Assembly: GCF_964213995.1 (NCBI RefSeq)
Contig: NC_135808.1
Location: 22,568,001-22,631,845, forward strand
Direction of reading: 5' to 3'
From: Mustelus asterias
Taxonomy: Eukaryota
DNA length: 63,845 nt
Shown here: one piece after another, positions 35,301 to 47,803 of the stretch
Numbering within the stretch: position 1 is the stretch's first letter
Layout of the letters: each line of letters starts with the position of its first letter
Made by a program: the position numbers and the translations under genes
The notes under the pieces: generated by a model
Databases searched by the model: none
What the model saw: only the letters and a program-made list of their open reading frames with translations
What the model was told of the DNA's origin: nothing

Positions 35301-37493
35301 TGGGATCACCGCTGTTCACAAGTTACACTCCATAACTTGGATATTGGAATCAAAAATACCATTTCTTAATTTGCAGATAACACCAAATTGGGGGAATTAT
35401 TTGATTTTGAGGAGAAGTGTATTAAATTAATAGGACATGAATAAACTTGAACAAATAGTTGGTGAATAAAGTTCAGCACAGATAAACGTGAAGTATTTTT
35501 CAGTTAATGATGAATAGGGAGGGTTGAGGAACAAAGGGATCTTGATGTACAAATACACCAATCAGTAAACATAGAGTTACAGGTTAGACAATAAACAAAA
35601 TACAATCGAAAACCAGGGTTGATTTCTCGAGGGATAGAATTGTAAAGTAGGGATTTTATTGCTAAACCTGCATCAAACCTTGGTTAGACCACATTTAAAG
35701 ACCGAGTGCAGTTCCGGTCACCATTTCATACAAAGGATATAGAGTCAGGGGAGAGAGTGTCGAGAAGATTTACAGAGATTATTCCAGAAATGAGTGGGTG
35801 GACATCTCAGGAAAGGATTCACCGGCTGGGTCTCTGCTCTCGGGAAAACAGAAGGCTGAGGGTTGATTTAATCGAGGATTTAAAATTAGGGAAGTTTTTT
35901 TTATAGAGCGGACACATCGAGAGTGTTCCTCTTGTGGGAAGAGCATATCCAGTGGCCATCAATACAAGAAACCCAATGGGGAATTCATGAGAAACCTCTT
36001 CACCCAAAGAGTGATGAGAATGTGGAGCTCGCTGCTACAGGGAGTGGCTGAACTGAACAGTATAGTTTAAGGGGAGGATAGACAAGCAAATGAGGGAGAG
36101 GGGAATAGAGTTAAAATGGTCGAATTAGATGAGGAATAATGGGAGGAGCCTCAGGTGGAACATTAACACCAGCATCAATAGATGGGCTGAAAGGCCATTT
36201 TCTATGTTGTATATCCTGTGTTTCCTGATTCACTCTCTCTCTGATTCACTCCCACATTTCTCTTTCTTTCTCTCTGATTCACTCTCTCATTCTGTCTCTC
36301 TGATCTTTCTCTGTCTCTCATTCTCTCTCTTCCTCACTCTTAGTTGCTCATCCTCTCTCTCATTCTCTCCCACTCGCTCACATTCTATTTCACTCTGATT
36401 CTCACTTTTCCCTCTCCCTGATTCACTCAGTCTCTCTGATTCTCTCTCTCTAACAGAACCAAAGTCTCGCTCCCAGGTTGCTGTTACTGTCGGGATTGTG
36501 GTCGGGGTCCTCGTGCTCATCGCTCTCATCATTGTGGCTGTCGTCATCTACAACAAGAAAGGTAGGAATTGGAGGGAAAAGAGCGGTGGGTGAACTGTAG
36601 TGGATCCAGGCAGTCCGGGAGGCTGGAATTGATTCGTGCCATGACTAGCCTTTCGAATCATTTCATAATGATGGATGTCAGAGCCACCGGATGACAGCTC
36701 ACTGGGGGCAGGGATTCTGGGAGAGTATTCCAGGGTGGCGGTGGCTCAGGCTGTGGGTCTCAGGTTGGTGTGGGGGTGGGGAGGGGGTGGGTGGGCGGGT
36801 GGAAGAGTTGCAGGGGTTGGGATAGGGACAGTAAGGGGCTCATGATAAAGGGGGAGTGTCTGAGAATTGTGGGAAGGGCCACAAATTGGATGAGGACTTC
36901 AGCGTATCAGTGAGGGCTCAGGTAACAGTGAGGGTCTAGGGACAGGAACCGGAGTGTGGGTCCAGGGTCAGCGTGTGAGTGAGGGTCCAGGGTCAGGGTG
37001 GGAGTGAGGGTCTCTGGTTGTGGTGGGAGTGAGGGTTCAGAGTTGTGTTGTAGGGGCTCAGTGCGAGTGAGAGTTCCAGCCTCTGTCTCTGATTTTCTCT
37101 CAGTCTCGTCTCTCACTGAGCATTCCATGTTTTACAGGGAGAGGGAAGAGCAACTACAATCCTGCAAATAGTAAGCTGATCATCAAACATTGTCCCTGTG
37201 CAACTGTGTACATGATTGTTCATTCTGTTTCAAATATAGTGTGTGCGTGTGCGTGTGCGTGCATCGTGCGTTTCTGTGTGGGTGTGTGGGCTTCTGTGTG
37301 TCGCCGTTAGTATGGGTGTGTGAGAACCTCTTTCTCTGTGTCTGTCTGTCTATGTCTCTCTCATTCTCTCATTATCATATCCACAGTCTCTGCCTCTGTC
37401 TCTCTGATGTTGAACAATGTTTTAACACCTCTTCTTCCTTTAACAGCTTCTGATGATGGGGATTCCTCATCCAGATCCTCCACAAGTACCTGA
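32381..37493 (+). CDS. MHC class I heavy chain gene 2 (nonclassical-like), 7 exons, 343 aa
   Basis: Exons 32381-32429, 32726-32986, 33290-33562, 34116-34379, 36457-36561, 37138-37170, 37447-37493. GT-AG introns, the same exon lengths as gene 1, open frame ending ...SSRSSTST*. Confidence 0.93.
32726..32986 (+). CDS. Gene 2 exon 2, alpha1 domain
   Basis: GSHSLRYFFTG...AWERKKIFAQERAMRFKRAFPLLMSDTNQTGG. Confidence 0.92.
33290..33562 (+). CDS. Gene 2 exon 3, alpha2 domain
   Basis: IHVCQIVTGCDL...WGKSIKNWCNRQ...YLEVECIEWLRKY. Confidence 0.92.
33563..34055 (+). repeat. 25-bp donor-containing minisatellite in gene 2 intron 3 (short, with a degenerate central block)
   Basis: Same unit as 15857-16890. 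Confidence 0.9.
34116..34379 (+). CDS. Gene 2 exon 4, alpha3 domain
   Basis: LSCAVTGFYPQPIEVNLW...YSCRVEHSG. Confidence 0.92.
36457..36561 (+). CDS. Gene 2 exon 5, transmembrane
   Basis: Identical to the gene 1 TM exon. Confidence 0.9.
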
Positions 37494-37924
37494 GGTATGA
37501 ACTGTGTTGATAAATATTGGGAGCTGATCCTTCTAACTGGGATATTCCCGCTGGATTTAGCTGTACAATCTGGTGGGTGGGCTGTGAGCTCAGTGTCTGT
37601 CTCTCACTCTATAGTCACTAAAGAGCAGCTCATCCAATCCAACACTGAGCTTTGAGACTGGCCTTCTGGAGACGGCTGTTCCTGTACAGTCTGAGGGTGG
37701 AGACATTGTGTGTTTTAACCTGTAGAGACATCCGGAAACATCTCACCCTGGACAGCCTCCTCTGAGCTGCTCAATTTCCTGAAGGAATTTGTAACTCCCA
37801 GACTTTTCCCTGAAGTTGGTCACTGAGCTGTGCCGCTCCCACAGGTTTTTATTTTAGTCGTGTTTTGTGATTTGTCTGATCATTAGCTGGATGTTTGGGG
37901 TGTACAGTAGAGTTTAGGAGTTAA

Positions 37925-38372
37925 GCTGGTGATTGGTGGTCTGATGGGTTTAGCTGGTGTTTGGTGCTCTATTGGGTTTAGCTGGTGTTTGCGGCTCTGA
38001 TGAGTTTAACTGATGTTAAGGAGTCTGATGGGTTTAGCTGGTGTTTGGGGATCTGATGGGTTTAGCTGGTGTTTGGGGGTCTGATGAGTTTAACTGATGT
38101 TAAGGAGTCTGATGGGTTTAGCTGGTGTTTGGGGATCTGATGGGTTTAGCTGGTGTTTGGGGGTCTGATGGCTTTAACTGATGTTAAGGAGTCTGATGGG
38201 TTTAGCTGGTGTTTGGGGATCTGATGGGTTTAGCTGGTGTTTGGGGGTCTGATGGGTTTAACTGATGTTAAGGAGTCTGATGGGTTTTGCTGGTGTTTGG
38301 GTATCTGATGGGTTTTGCTGGTGTTTGGGGATCTGATGGATTTTGCTGGTGTTTGGGGGTCTGATGGGTTTT
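37925..38372 (+). repeat. 28-bp minisatellite downstream of gene 2 (continues at 40461-40890 and 41808-41890)
   Basis: Same unit as 20889-21820, split by two CR1 insertions. Confidence 0.9.
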
Positions 38373-40460
38373 AAGAAGAAAGAATAAAGAGCAATACAGC
38401 ACAGGAACAGGCCCTTCGGCCCTCCAAGCCCGTGCCGCTCCCTGGTCCAAACTCGACCATTCTTTTCTATCCCTCCATTCCCACTCCGTTCATATGGCTA
38501 TCTAGATAAGTCTTAAACATTCCCAGTGTGTCCGCCTCCACCACCTTGCCTGGCAGCGCATTCCAGGCCCCCACCACCCTCTGTGTAAAATATGTCCTTC
38601 TGATATCTGTGTTAAACATCCCCCCCTGCCTTCACCTTGAACCTATAACCCCTCGTGAACGTCACCACCGACCTGGGGAAAAGCTTCCCACCGTTCACCC
38701 TATCTATGCCTTTCATAATTTTATACACCTCTATTAAGTCTCCCCTCATCCTCCGTCTTTCCAGGGAGAACAACCCCAGTTTACCCAATCTCTCCTCATA
38801 ACTAAGCCCCTCCATACCAGGCAACATCCTGGTAAACCTCCTCTGCAGGCTCTCCAAAGCCTCCACGTCCTTCTGGTAGTGTAGTGTGGCGACCAGAACG
38901 GGACGCAGTATTCCAAATGTGGCCGAACCAACGTTCTATACATCTGCAACATCAGACGCCAACTTTTATACTCTATGCCCCGTCCTATAAAGGCAAGCAT
39001 GCCATATGCCTTCTTCACCACCTTCTCCACCTGTGACGTCACCTTCAAGGATCTGTGGACTTGCACACCCAGGTCCCTCTGCGTATCTACACCCTTTATG
39101 GTTCTGCCATTTATCGTATAGCTCCTCCCTACATTATTTCTACCAAAATGCGTCACTTCGCATTCATCAGGATTGAACTCCATCTGCCATTTCTTGGCCC
39201 AAATTTCCAGCCTATCTATATCCTTCTGTTGCTTCTGACAATGCTCCTCACTATCTGCAAGTCCTGCCAACTTTGTGTCGTCCGCAAACTTACTGATCAC
39301 CCCAGTTACACCTTCTTCCAGATCGTTCTCTAAATCACAAACAGCAGAGGTCCCAATACAGAGCCCTGCCGAACACCACTAGTCACAGGCCTCCAGCCAG
39401 AAAAAGACCCTTCCACTACCACCCTCTGTCTTCTGTGACCAAGCCAGTTCTCCACCCATCTAGCCACCGCCCCCTTTATCCCATGAGATCCAACCTTTTT
39501 CACCAGCCTATCATGAGGGATTTTTTTAAACGCTTTACTAAAGTCCATATAGACCACATCCACGGCCCTTCCCTCGTCAACCATTCTGGTCACTCCTTCA
39601 AAAAACTCCACCAGGTTAGTGAGGCATGACCTCCCTCTCACAAAACCATGCTGACTATCATTAATGAGTTTATTCCTTTCTAAATGCGCATACATACTAT
39701 CTCTAAGAATCTTCTCCAACAACTTCCCCACCACGGACGTCAAGCTCACCGGCCTATAGTTACCCGAGTTATCCTTCCTACCCTTCTTAAATAATGGGAC
39801 CACATTAGCTATCCTCCAATCCTCTGGGACCTCACCTGCGTCCAGTGACGAGACAAAGATTTTCGTCAGAGGCCCAGCGATTTCATCTCTTGTCTCCCTG
39901 AGCAGCCTTGGATAGATTCCATCAGGCCCTGGGGATTTGTTTGTCTTTATATTCTCCAACAAACCTCACACTTCCTCCCTTATAATGGAGATTTTCTCTA
40001 ACGGTTCAACATTCCGCTCCGAGACACTCCCAGTCAACACATCCCTCTCCTTTGTGAATACCGACGCAAAGTATTCATTTAGGATCTCCCCTACTTCTTT
40101 GGGCTCCAAGCATAATTCCCCACTTTTGTCCCTGAGAGGTCCGATTTTTTTCCTGACAACCCTTTTGTTCCTAACGTATGAATAAAATGCCTTGGGATTC
40201 TCCTTAATCCTGTCTGCCAAGGACATTTCGTGACCCCTTTTTGCCCTTATAATTCCCCGTTTGAGTTCTTTCCTACTTTCTTTGTACTCCTCCAGAGCTC
40301 CCTCCGTTTTTAGCTACCTGGACCTAACATACGCCTCTCTTTTCTTTTTGACCAGTCCCTCAATTTCCCTGGTTATCCACGGTTCTCGAATCCTACCCTT
40401 CCTATCCTTTTTTACAGGCACATGCCTGTCCTGTAGCCCTAACAACTGTTCCTTAAAAGA
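38373..40460 (-). mobile_element. 5'-truncated CR1 LINE with frameshifts, unique to unit 2
   Basis: Minus-strand RT ORFs KSPGPDG, NYRPVSLTS, YMDFSKAF, QGSVLGP and FADDTK. Absent from the unit 1 array. Confidence 0.92.
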
Positions 40461-40891
40461 CTGGTGTTTGGGGCTCCGATGGGTTTTGCTGGTGTTTGGG
40501 GGTCAGATGGATTTTGCTGGTGTTTGGGGTCTGATGGGATTGGCTGGTGTTTGGGGCTCTGATGGTTTTTGCTGGTGTTTGGAATTATGATGGGTTTAAC
40601 TGGTGTTTGGGGCTCTGATGGGTTCAGCGGGTGTTTGGGGCTCTGATGGGTTTAGCTGGTGTTTGGGGCTCTGATGGGTTTAGCTGGTGTTTGGGGATCT
40701 GATGGGTTTTGCTGGTGTTTGGGGCTGTGATGGGTTTAGCTGGTGTTTGGGGCTCTGATGGGTTTAGCTGGTGTTTGGGGGTCTGATGGGTTTTGCTGGT
40801 GTTTGGGGCTCTTGTGCGTTTAGCTGGTGTTTTGGGGGTTTGATGGGTTTTGCTGGTGTTTGGGGGTCTGATGGGTTTTGCTGGTGTTTGT

Positions 40892-41808
40892 GGTCACAGA
40901 GTCATAGAGGTTTACAGCATGGAAACAGGCCCTTCGGTCCAACTTGTCCATGCAGCCCTTATATTTTTTTAAACACCCCGAAACTAATCCCAATTGCCCG
41001 CATTTGGCCCATATCCCTCTATGCGCATCGTACCCATGTAACTATCTAAATGCTTTTTAAAAGATAAAATTGCACCCGCCTCTACTACTATCTCTGGCAG
41101 CTTGTTCCAGACACTCCCTATCCTCTGTGTGAAAAAATTGCACCTCCTGGACACTTTTATATCTCTCCCCTCTCACCTTAAACCTATGCCCTCGAGTTTT
41201 AGACTCCCCGACATTTGGGAAAAGATATTGCCTCTCTACCTTGTCTATGCCCCTCATTATTTTATAGACCTCTATAAGGTCACCCCTTAGCCTCCTACAC
41301 TCCAGAGAAAAAAGTCCCAGTCTATTCAGCCCCTCCTCATAACTCAATCCATCAAGTCCCGGTACCATCCTAGTAAATCTTTTCGGCACTCTTTCTAGTT
41401 TAATAATATCCTTTCTATAATAGGGTCACCAGAATTGCATACAGCATTCCAAGTGTGGCCTTACCAATTCCTTGTACAACTTCAACAAGACGTCCCAACT
41501 CCGTATTCAATGTTCTGACCAATGAAACCAAGCATGCCGAACGCCTTCTTCACCACTCTGTCCACCTGTGACTCCACTTTCAAGGAGCTATGAACATGTA
41601 CCCTAGATCTCTTTGTTCTGTAACTCTCCCCAATGCCCGACCATTAACTGAGTAACTGCTGCCCTGGTTCAATCTACCAAAATGCATCACCTCGCAGTTG
41701 TCTAAATTAAACTCCATCTGCCATTTGTCAGCCCACTGGCCCAATTGATCAAGATCCCGCTGCAATTGGAGATAACCTTCCTCACTGTCCACCATGCCAC
41801 CAATCTTG
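40892..41808 (-). mobile_element. CR1 3' fragment (paralog of 21824-22735)
   Basis: Same sequence and position as in unit 1. Confidence 0.9.
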
Positions 41809-44800
41809 GTCTGATGGGTTTTGCTCGTGTTTGGGGTCTGCTGGGTTTAGCTGGTGTTTGGAGGTCTGATGGAATTTGCTGCTGGTGTGTGGTTGGAATA
41901 TTGAAGGATAGAATATTTATGACTGAGAGCGAGGCCATTCAGCCCATCATATCCCATCCTGTTCATGAAGAACTCTCCTGCTTAATCTCACCTCCTGTAC
42001 TCGATCTGTAGCTCTGTCGATCACAGCTCTTCATATCGACGTCCAAGAATTGATTCAATGTGGTGAGAGTTTCTGCCTCTACCATCCTTTCAGACAGTGC
42101 TTCAGCTGTCGTCTGTCTGGTGTTGTTACAATTCTAGCAAAGCCATTCTGCTGTCTGTCTCAACTGATGAAAGAAAAGCATGTTATGTACCTTCTTTACC
42201 ATGTAATTAACATGTCCTGAAAACTTTCCCAATCTGTGGACATGCACTCCTGGATCCCTCTGTTCCTCCACATTACTCATTATCCTCCCAGTTATTAGGG
42301 ATTCCCTTTGCCTTGTTCATCCTCCCGAAATCCATCACGCCTCACTGCTCCGGACTGAATTCCATTTTCCAATGTTCTTCCCAACTGCCCAGGCCATCTC
42401 TATCTTCCTGCAATCTGAAGCTTTCCTCTTCACTGACACCCACACAGATAATATTTGTACCTCTGTAAACTTCTTTATCATTCCTGCTGCATTTGAATCT
42501 AAATGATTCACATGAACTACAAAAAGTGAGGGTGTGAGTGCTGGGTTCTGTGGAACCCCCACTGGTAACAAGAAGTCTTGTTTAGGTCTGAGAAGTCTCA
42601 CAACATCAGGTTAACATCCAATTCGGAATCACGAGCTTTCGGAGAACTGCTCCTTCGTCAGATGAGTGATGGTCAGTCCAACGCCGGCATCTCCACATCA
42701 TGGACATCATTCTAGTCGCAATCAACCCCTTACCCCTTTGCTTCCTGCCACTGAGCTAATTTGGGGTCTGATTTGTCAATGTCTCTTGGATCTCGATGAG
42801 TTTTACATTTCTGACCAGCCTGCCATGTGGGACCTTGTCCAAAGCATTATTAAAATGCATGTTGACCTTGTCCACCTCACTGCCCTCATCAACCCTCCTT
42901 CTCACCTCTTCCACATTTTCAGTCAGAAAGCTTGAGATGAGCTCCCCTTAAATCCACGCTAACTTTCCTCGACTAATCTGTGCCTTTCTCAATGAAGGTT
43001 TGTACCGTTCCTCATAATTGGTTCCAACAATGTTCCCACTGCCGAAGTTACACTAACTGGTGTATAATTACTCAGATTGCCCCTTCTCTTTTCAATCCAT
43101 GGTATAATGTTGGCAGTCATTTAATCTTCTTCCACACTCCTGCAGCCCGGGAGGAATGATTCTGATGATCAGAGCCTCTGCAATTCCCTCCTTTGCTTCT
43201 TTTAACCCGGTGATTTACCATCTTTCAAAGTTATAAAATCCCTGAATACATCATCTCTTACAATGTTTATCTGATGCAGTAATTCACACACTTCTTCTTT
43301 AAGTGCAATGTCAGCATTGCTCCCTGTTTCCCAAAGACAGTGGCAATGTATTTATTCACAACCTCAACACGTTCTCCCTCCTCTCTCACAGACTATCTTA
43401 TTGGTCTCCACCAGGCCTTACTCTTTCCTTATCCTTTTCTCTTCAGGGACTGATAGAACATCCTTGGAGGTTCCTTGATTTTTCTTGCCAGTATTTTGTC
43501 GTGCCCCCTCTCCTTTCCCAGTATTCCTCTCTCAGTATCTCTTCCAGGTTTCTGCATTATTAGACGTGAGGGGTCTGATGGATTTTGCTGCTGTTTTTTG
43601 TGGAGGTCTGATGGGTTTTGTTGGGTGTGTTCCAGCTCTGCTGGCTTTGCCTCAGTTTTTCTTTCTCATCCCCAGTGCCCTCCAGTGCATTCCAGGGTTT
43701 GTAATCCAGGAACACCAGTTCCCAAGAACAGCAGCAGGAGAGGATGAGAGAATGAGGGAAGATGTGATTTCATCAAGGTGACAGCGACCGACTGATTCAA
43801 GCTCCACATTTGTGATTCCGTTTAAATGGAACTGTGATGATGGTTTGGAAGTAATTGCTATATCTGGAGCTGCACTTTCTGAGCTATTCCGATCTGAGCT
43901 GTTTATTCTGCACAGACACAAGAGGGCGATCTTATGAAAAAAAATTCTCTGTCCAGAAAGAGCATGAAAGCGGGAGAGTTTCTGACCCGTCTTTCAGGCG
44001 AATCCAAATCTACGATCTTATGCACTTGTTTCTCACCCTTGTAGGGGGGAGGGGGCAGGTCTTAAATAACCAGAATGCTGCCTGAAAGCAGCAGAGGACA
44101 CCATTGCGCATGTGCAGGTCCCTCTGCTCTGAGCGACAGAGAGACCTGTCACTCAGCCTCTGCTGCTTTCACCAGACCTCCATAGCCTAAACACGGACCT
44201 CCCCAGCTGCCTAATGCAACCCTTGATGGTCGGACCAATTGACCCCGCGACACCCTACATGCCCGGACAGACAAAACCGCGCCTCTGGGACAGATTGAAC
44301 CCCGTGACCCCCCCCCCCCCCCCAATTCGGACCAACTTTCCCTGTCCATCCCACCACCGATCGCAATGCAGTAGCCCCCGCTACTTCTCTCACTGATGGC
44401 AAATACTTAGTGGCAGTAGCCCCCCCACACCCCAAATTGCAAATGCATAGCGTGCAGCGCCCCGCCCCCCCCCGCCCCCATCACAGGTTGGTCCCACCCC
44501 AGTAGAGCCCCCCTCCAAATAATCAGGCTCCACACCCTTCCCACTCCCACTGTCTGGTGGGCACTTCCAAGATACCAGGCTGGCACAGTCCGCAAGGCAC
44601 TCCCCCCAACCTCTCGGGGTGGCTTCAATGGCATCTGGATCCACGAGCGAGGCATCAGGTCTGGTCCCTGTTGTGATTCTCGCTGGAGTGAACCTCTCCC
44701 GTGAGGCCACAGAGACGAGAGCCCAGATGATTGCGCCGCGGGCTCGCTCATTTTGTTCATAACAGGTTTTAAATGTACTCAAGTATTTGATTCAGCCTCG

Positions 44801-45305
44801 CGCCGCAATTTGTGAGAAATCGGGTGCGAATCTCATATGTATTGAACTCATGAATTCCAATATCTTCTGCCCTTTCCTGATTTTTTCTTTTAATGTCTGT
44901 TATTCATTAGTGAGTGTGTTCATGTCACATCCCCTCTTCCCAAGCACTCTGTCTGGGGAAATAACAAACATCATTGAAATATCAGAGCCTTTGTATCAAA
45001 CTGTCACCGCGATCTGACATTTGGAGCTGCAGATAAGTTTCCAATTCTTGTCACTGTTGGAAATATAGTTACACTTTGCAGTATTGGACACAATTGTTAC
45101 CTGTGTGTGTGTGTTTTATTAAAACAACAGAAAAGGTTTATTCTGCTTGGAGCTGAATGGGTTAATTCTAAATTAGAACACGTTCGGTGAAGAAATTCAT
45201 TGTCACCGCGATTTTAAAAAGAGACTGGGTTCCAATATTCTCAGAGTAATGGCGGTTTCAGCAGAACAAAGATATTTCTTCATGTCTTGTGGATTCACCA
45301 TTTCA

Positions 45306-47803
45306 TAGAACATAGAACATATAGAACATAGAACATAGAACATAGAACATAGAACATAGAACATAGAACATAGAACATAGAAAGCCACAGCACAAACAGG
45401 CCCTTCGGCCCACAGGTTGCGCCGATCACATCCCCACCTCTAGGCCTATCTATAGCCCTCAATCCCATTAAATCCCATGTACTCATCCAGAAGTCTCTTA
45501 AAAGACCCCAACGAGTTTGCCTCCACCAACACCGACGTCAGCCGATTCCACTCACCCACCACCCTCTGAGTGAAAAACTTACCCCTGACATCTCCTCTGT
45601 ACCTACCCCCCAGCACCTTAAACCTGTGTCCTCTCGTAGCAACCATTTCAGCCCTTGGAAATAGCCTCTGAGAGTCTACCCTATCCAGACCTCTCAACAT
45701 CTTGTAAACCTCTATCAGGTCACCTCTCATCCTTCGTCTCTCCAGGGAGAAGAGACCAAGCTCCCTCAACCTATCCTCATAAGGCATGCCCCCCAATCCA
45801 GGCAACATCCTTGTAAATCTCCTCTGCACCCTTTCAATGGCTTCAACATCTTTCCTGTAATGAGGTGACCAGAACTGCGCGCAGTACTCCAAGTGGGGTC
45901 TAACCAGGGTCCTATAAAGCTGCAGGATTATCTCCCGACTCCTAAACTCAATCCCTCGATTAATGAAGGCTAGTACGCCGTACGCCTTCTTGACCGCATC
46001 CTCCACCTGCGAGGCCGATTTAAGAGTCCTATGGACCCGGACCCCAAGGTCCTTCTGATCCTCTACACTGCTAAGAATGGTACCCTTCATATTATATTGC
46101 TGCTTCATCCCATTGGATCTGCCAAAATGGATCACCACACACTTATCCGGGTTGAAGTCCATCTGCCACTTCTCCGCCCAGTCTTGCATTCTATCTATGT
46201 CTCGCTGCAACTTCTGACATCCCTCCAAACTATCCACAACACCACCTACCTTGGTGTCGTCAGCAAACTTACCAACCCATCCCTCCACTTCCTCATCCAG
46301 GTCATTTATGAAAATGACAAACAGCAAGGGTCCCAGAACAGATCCCTGGGGCACTCCACTGGTCACTGACCGCCATGCAGAGAAAGACCCCTCCACAGCC
46401 ACTCTCTGCCTTCTGCAGGCAAGCCAGTTCTGGATCCACAAGGCAACAGCCCCTTGGATCCCATGCCCTCTCACTTTCTCAAGAAGTCTTGCATGGGGGA
46501 CCTTATCGAACGCCTTGCTGAAGTCCATATAGACCACATCCACCGCTCTTCCTTCGTCAATGTGTTTGGTCACATTTTCAAAGAACTCAACCAGGCTCGT
46601 AAGGCACGACCTGCCCTTGACAAAGCCGTGCTGACTACTTTTGATCATACTAAACTTCTCTAGATGATCATAAATCCTGTCTCTCAGGATCCTCTCCATC
46701 AACTTACCAACCACTGAGGTTAGACTCACCGGTCGGTAATTTCCCGGGCTGTCCCTGTTCCCTTTCTTGAATATAGGGACCACATCTGCAATCCTCCAAT
46801 CCTCCGGAACCTCTCCCGTCTCCATCGACGATGCAAAGATCATCGCCAAAGGCTCCGCAATCTCCTCCCTCGCCTCCCACAGTAACCTGGGGTACATCCC
46901 ATCCGGTCCCGGCGACTTACCAACCTTGATGCCATTCAATAGTTCCAACACATCCTCTTTCTTTATGTCCACATGCTCGATCCTTTCTGTCCACCGCAAA
47001 CCAGCAGTACAACCACCCAGATCCCTTTCCACCGTGAATACCGAGGTAAAGTATTCATTAAGCAGCTCCGCCATTTCTAACGGTTCCGCACAAACTTTTC
47101 CCCCTTCACCTTTTAAGGGTCCTATGCCTTCACATCTCATCCTTTTACTCTTGACATATTTGTAGAAAGCCTTGGGGTTCTCCTTAATCTTACCCGCCAA
47201 GGCCTTCTCATGACCCCTTCTCGCTCTCCTAATTTCCTTCTTAAGCTCCTTCCTACATCCCGTATACTCCTCTAAATCCTTAACACCTCCTAGCTCTCTG
47301 AACCTTCTGTACGCCTCTCTTTTCTTATTCACCAGGTTCATCACAACCTTCGTGCACCACGGTTCCCGTACCCTACCAACACCCCCCTGTCTCATCGGAA
47401 CGTTGTCATGCAGAGCTCCAGACAAACATTCCTTGAAAATCCTCCACTTTCCTTCGGTACTTTTCCCCAAGAATGCCTCCTTCCAATTTACCCGTCTAAT
47501 TTCCTCCCTGATGACACTGTATTTCCCTTTACTCCAGAGAAACACTTTCCTAGCCTGCCTGATCCTATCTCTTTCCAATGCTATCGTGAAGGAGATAGAA
47601 TTATGATCGCTATCCCCAAGATGCTCACCCACCGAGAGATCCTCCACCTGTCCAGGTTCATTAGCCAGCACCAGATCAAGTACAGCCTCTCCTCTAGTAG
47701 GCTTATCCACATACTGTGTCAGGAAACTCTCCTGGACACACCTAACAAACTCCTCTCCATCCAAACCCCTAGCCCTAGGGATATTCCAATCTATGTTTGG
47801 GAA
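45306..47803 (-). mobile_element. Young 5'-truncated CR1 LINE with an uninterrupted 772-aa ORF2 remnant (endonuclease C-terminus plus RT)
   Basis: ORF 45446-47764 with SDH, NYRPVSL, YMDFSKAFD, PQGSVLGP and FADD. (TTCTATG)n tail. ATTTCA at 45300-45305 and 47804-47809 is the probable TSD. Confidence 0.95.

Noticed and set aside
14516-37493. Assigning MR1, CD1, HFE, ZAG or a specific UAA/UBA symbol
   Set aside because: Lineage cannot be fixed without a phylogeny, and similarity-based mammalian names would mislead.
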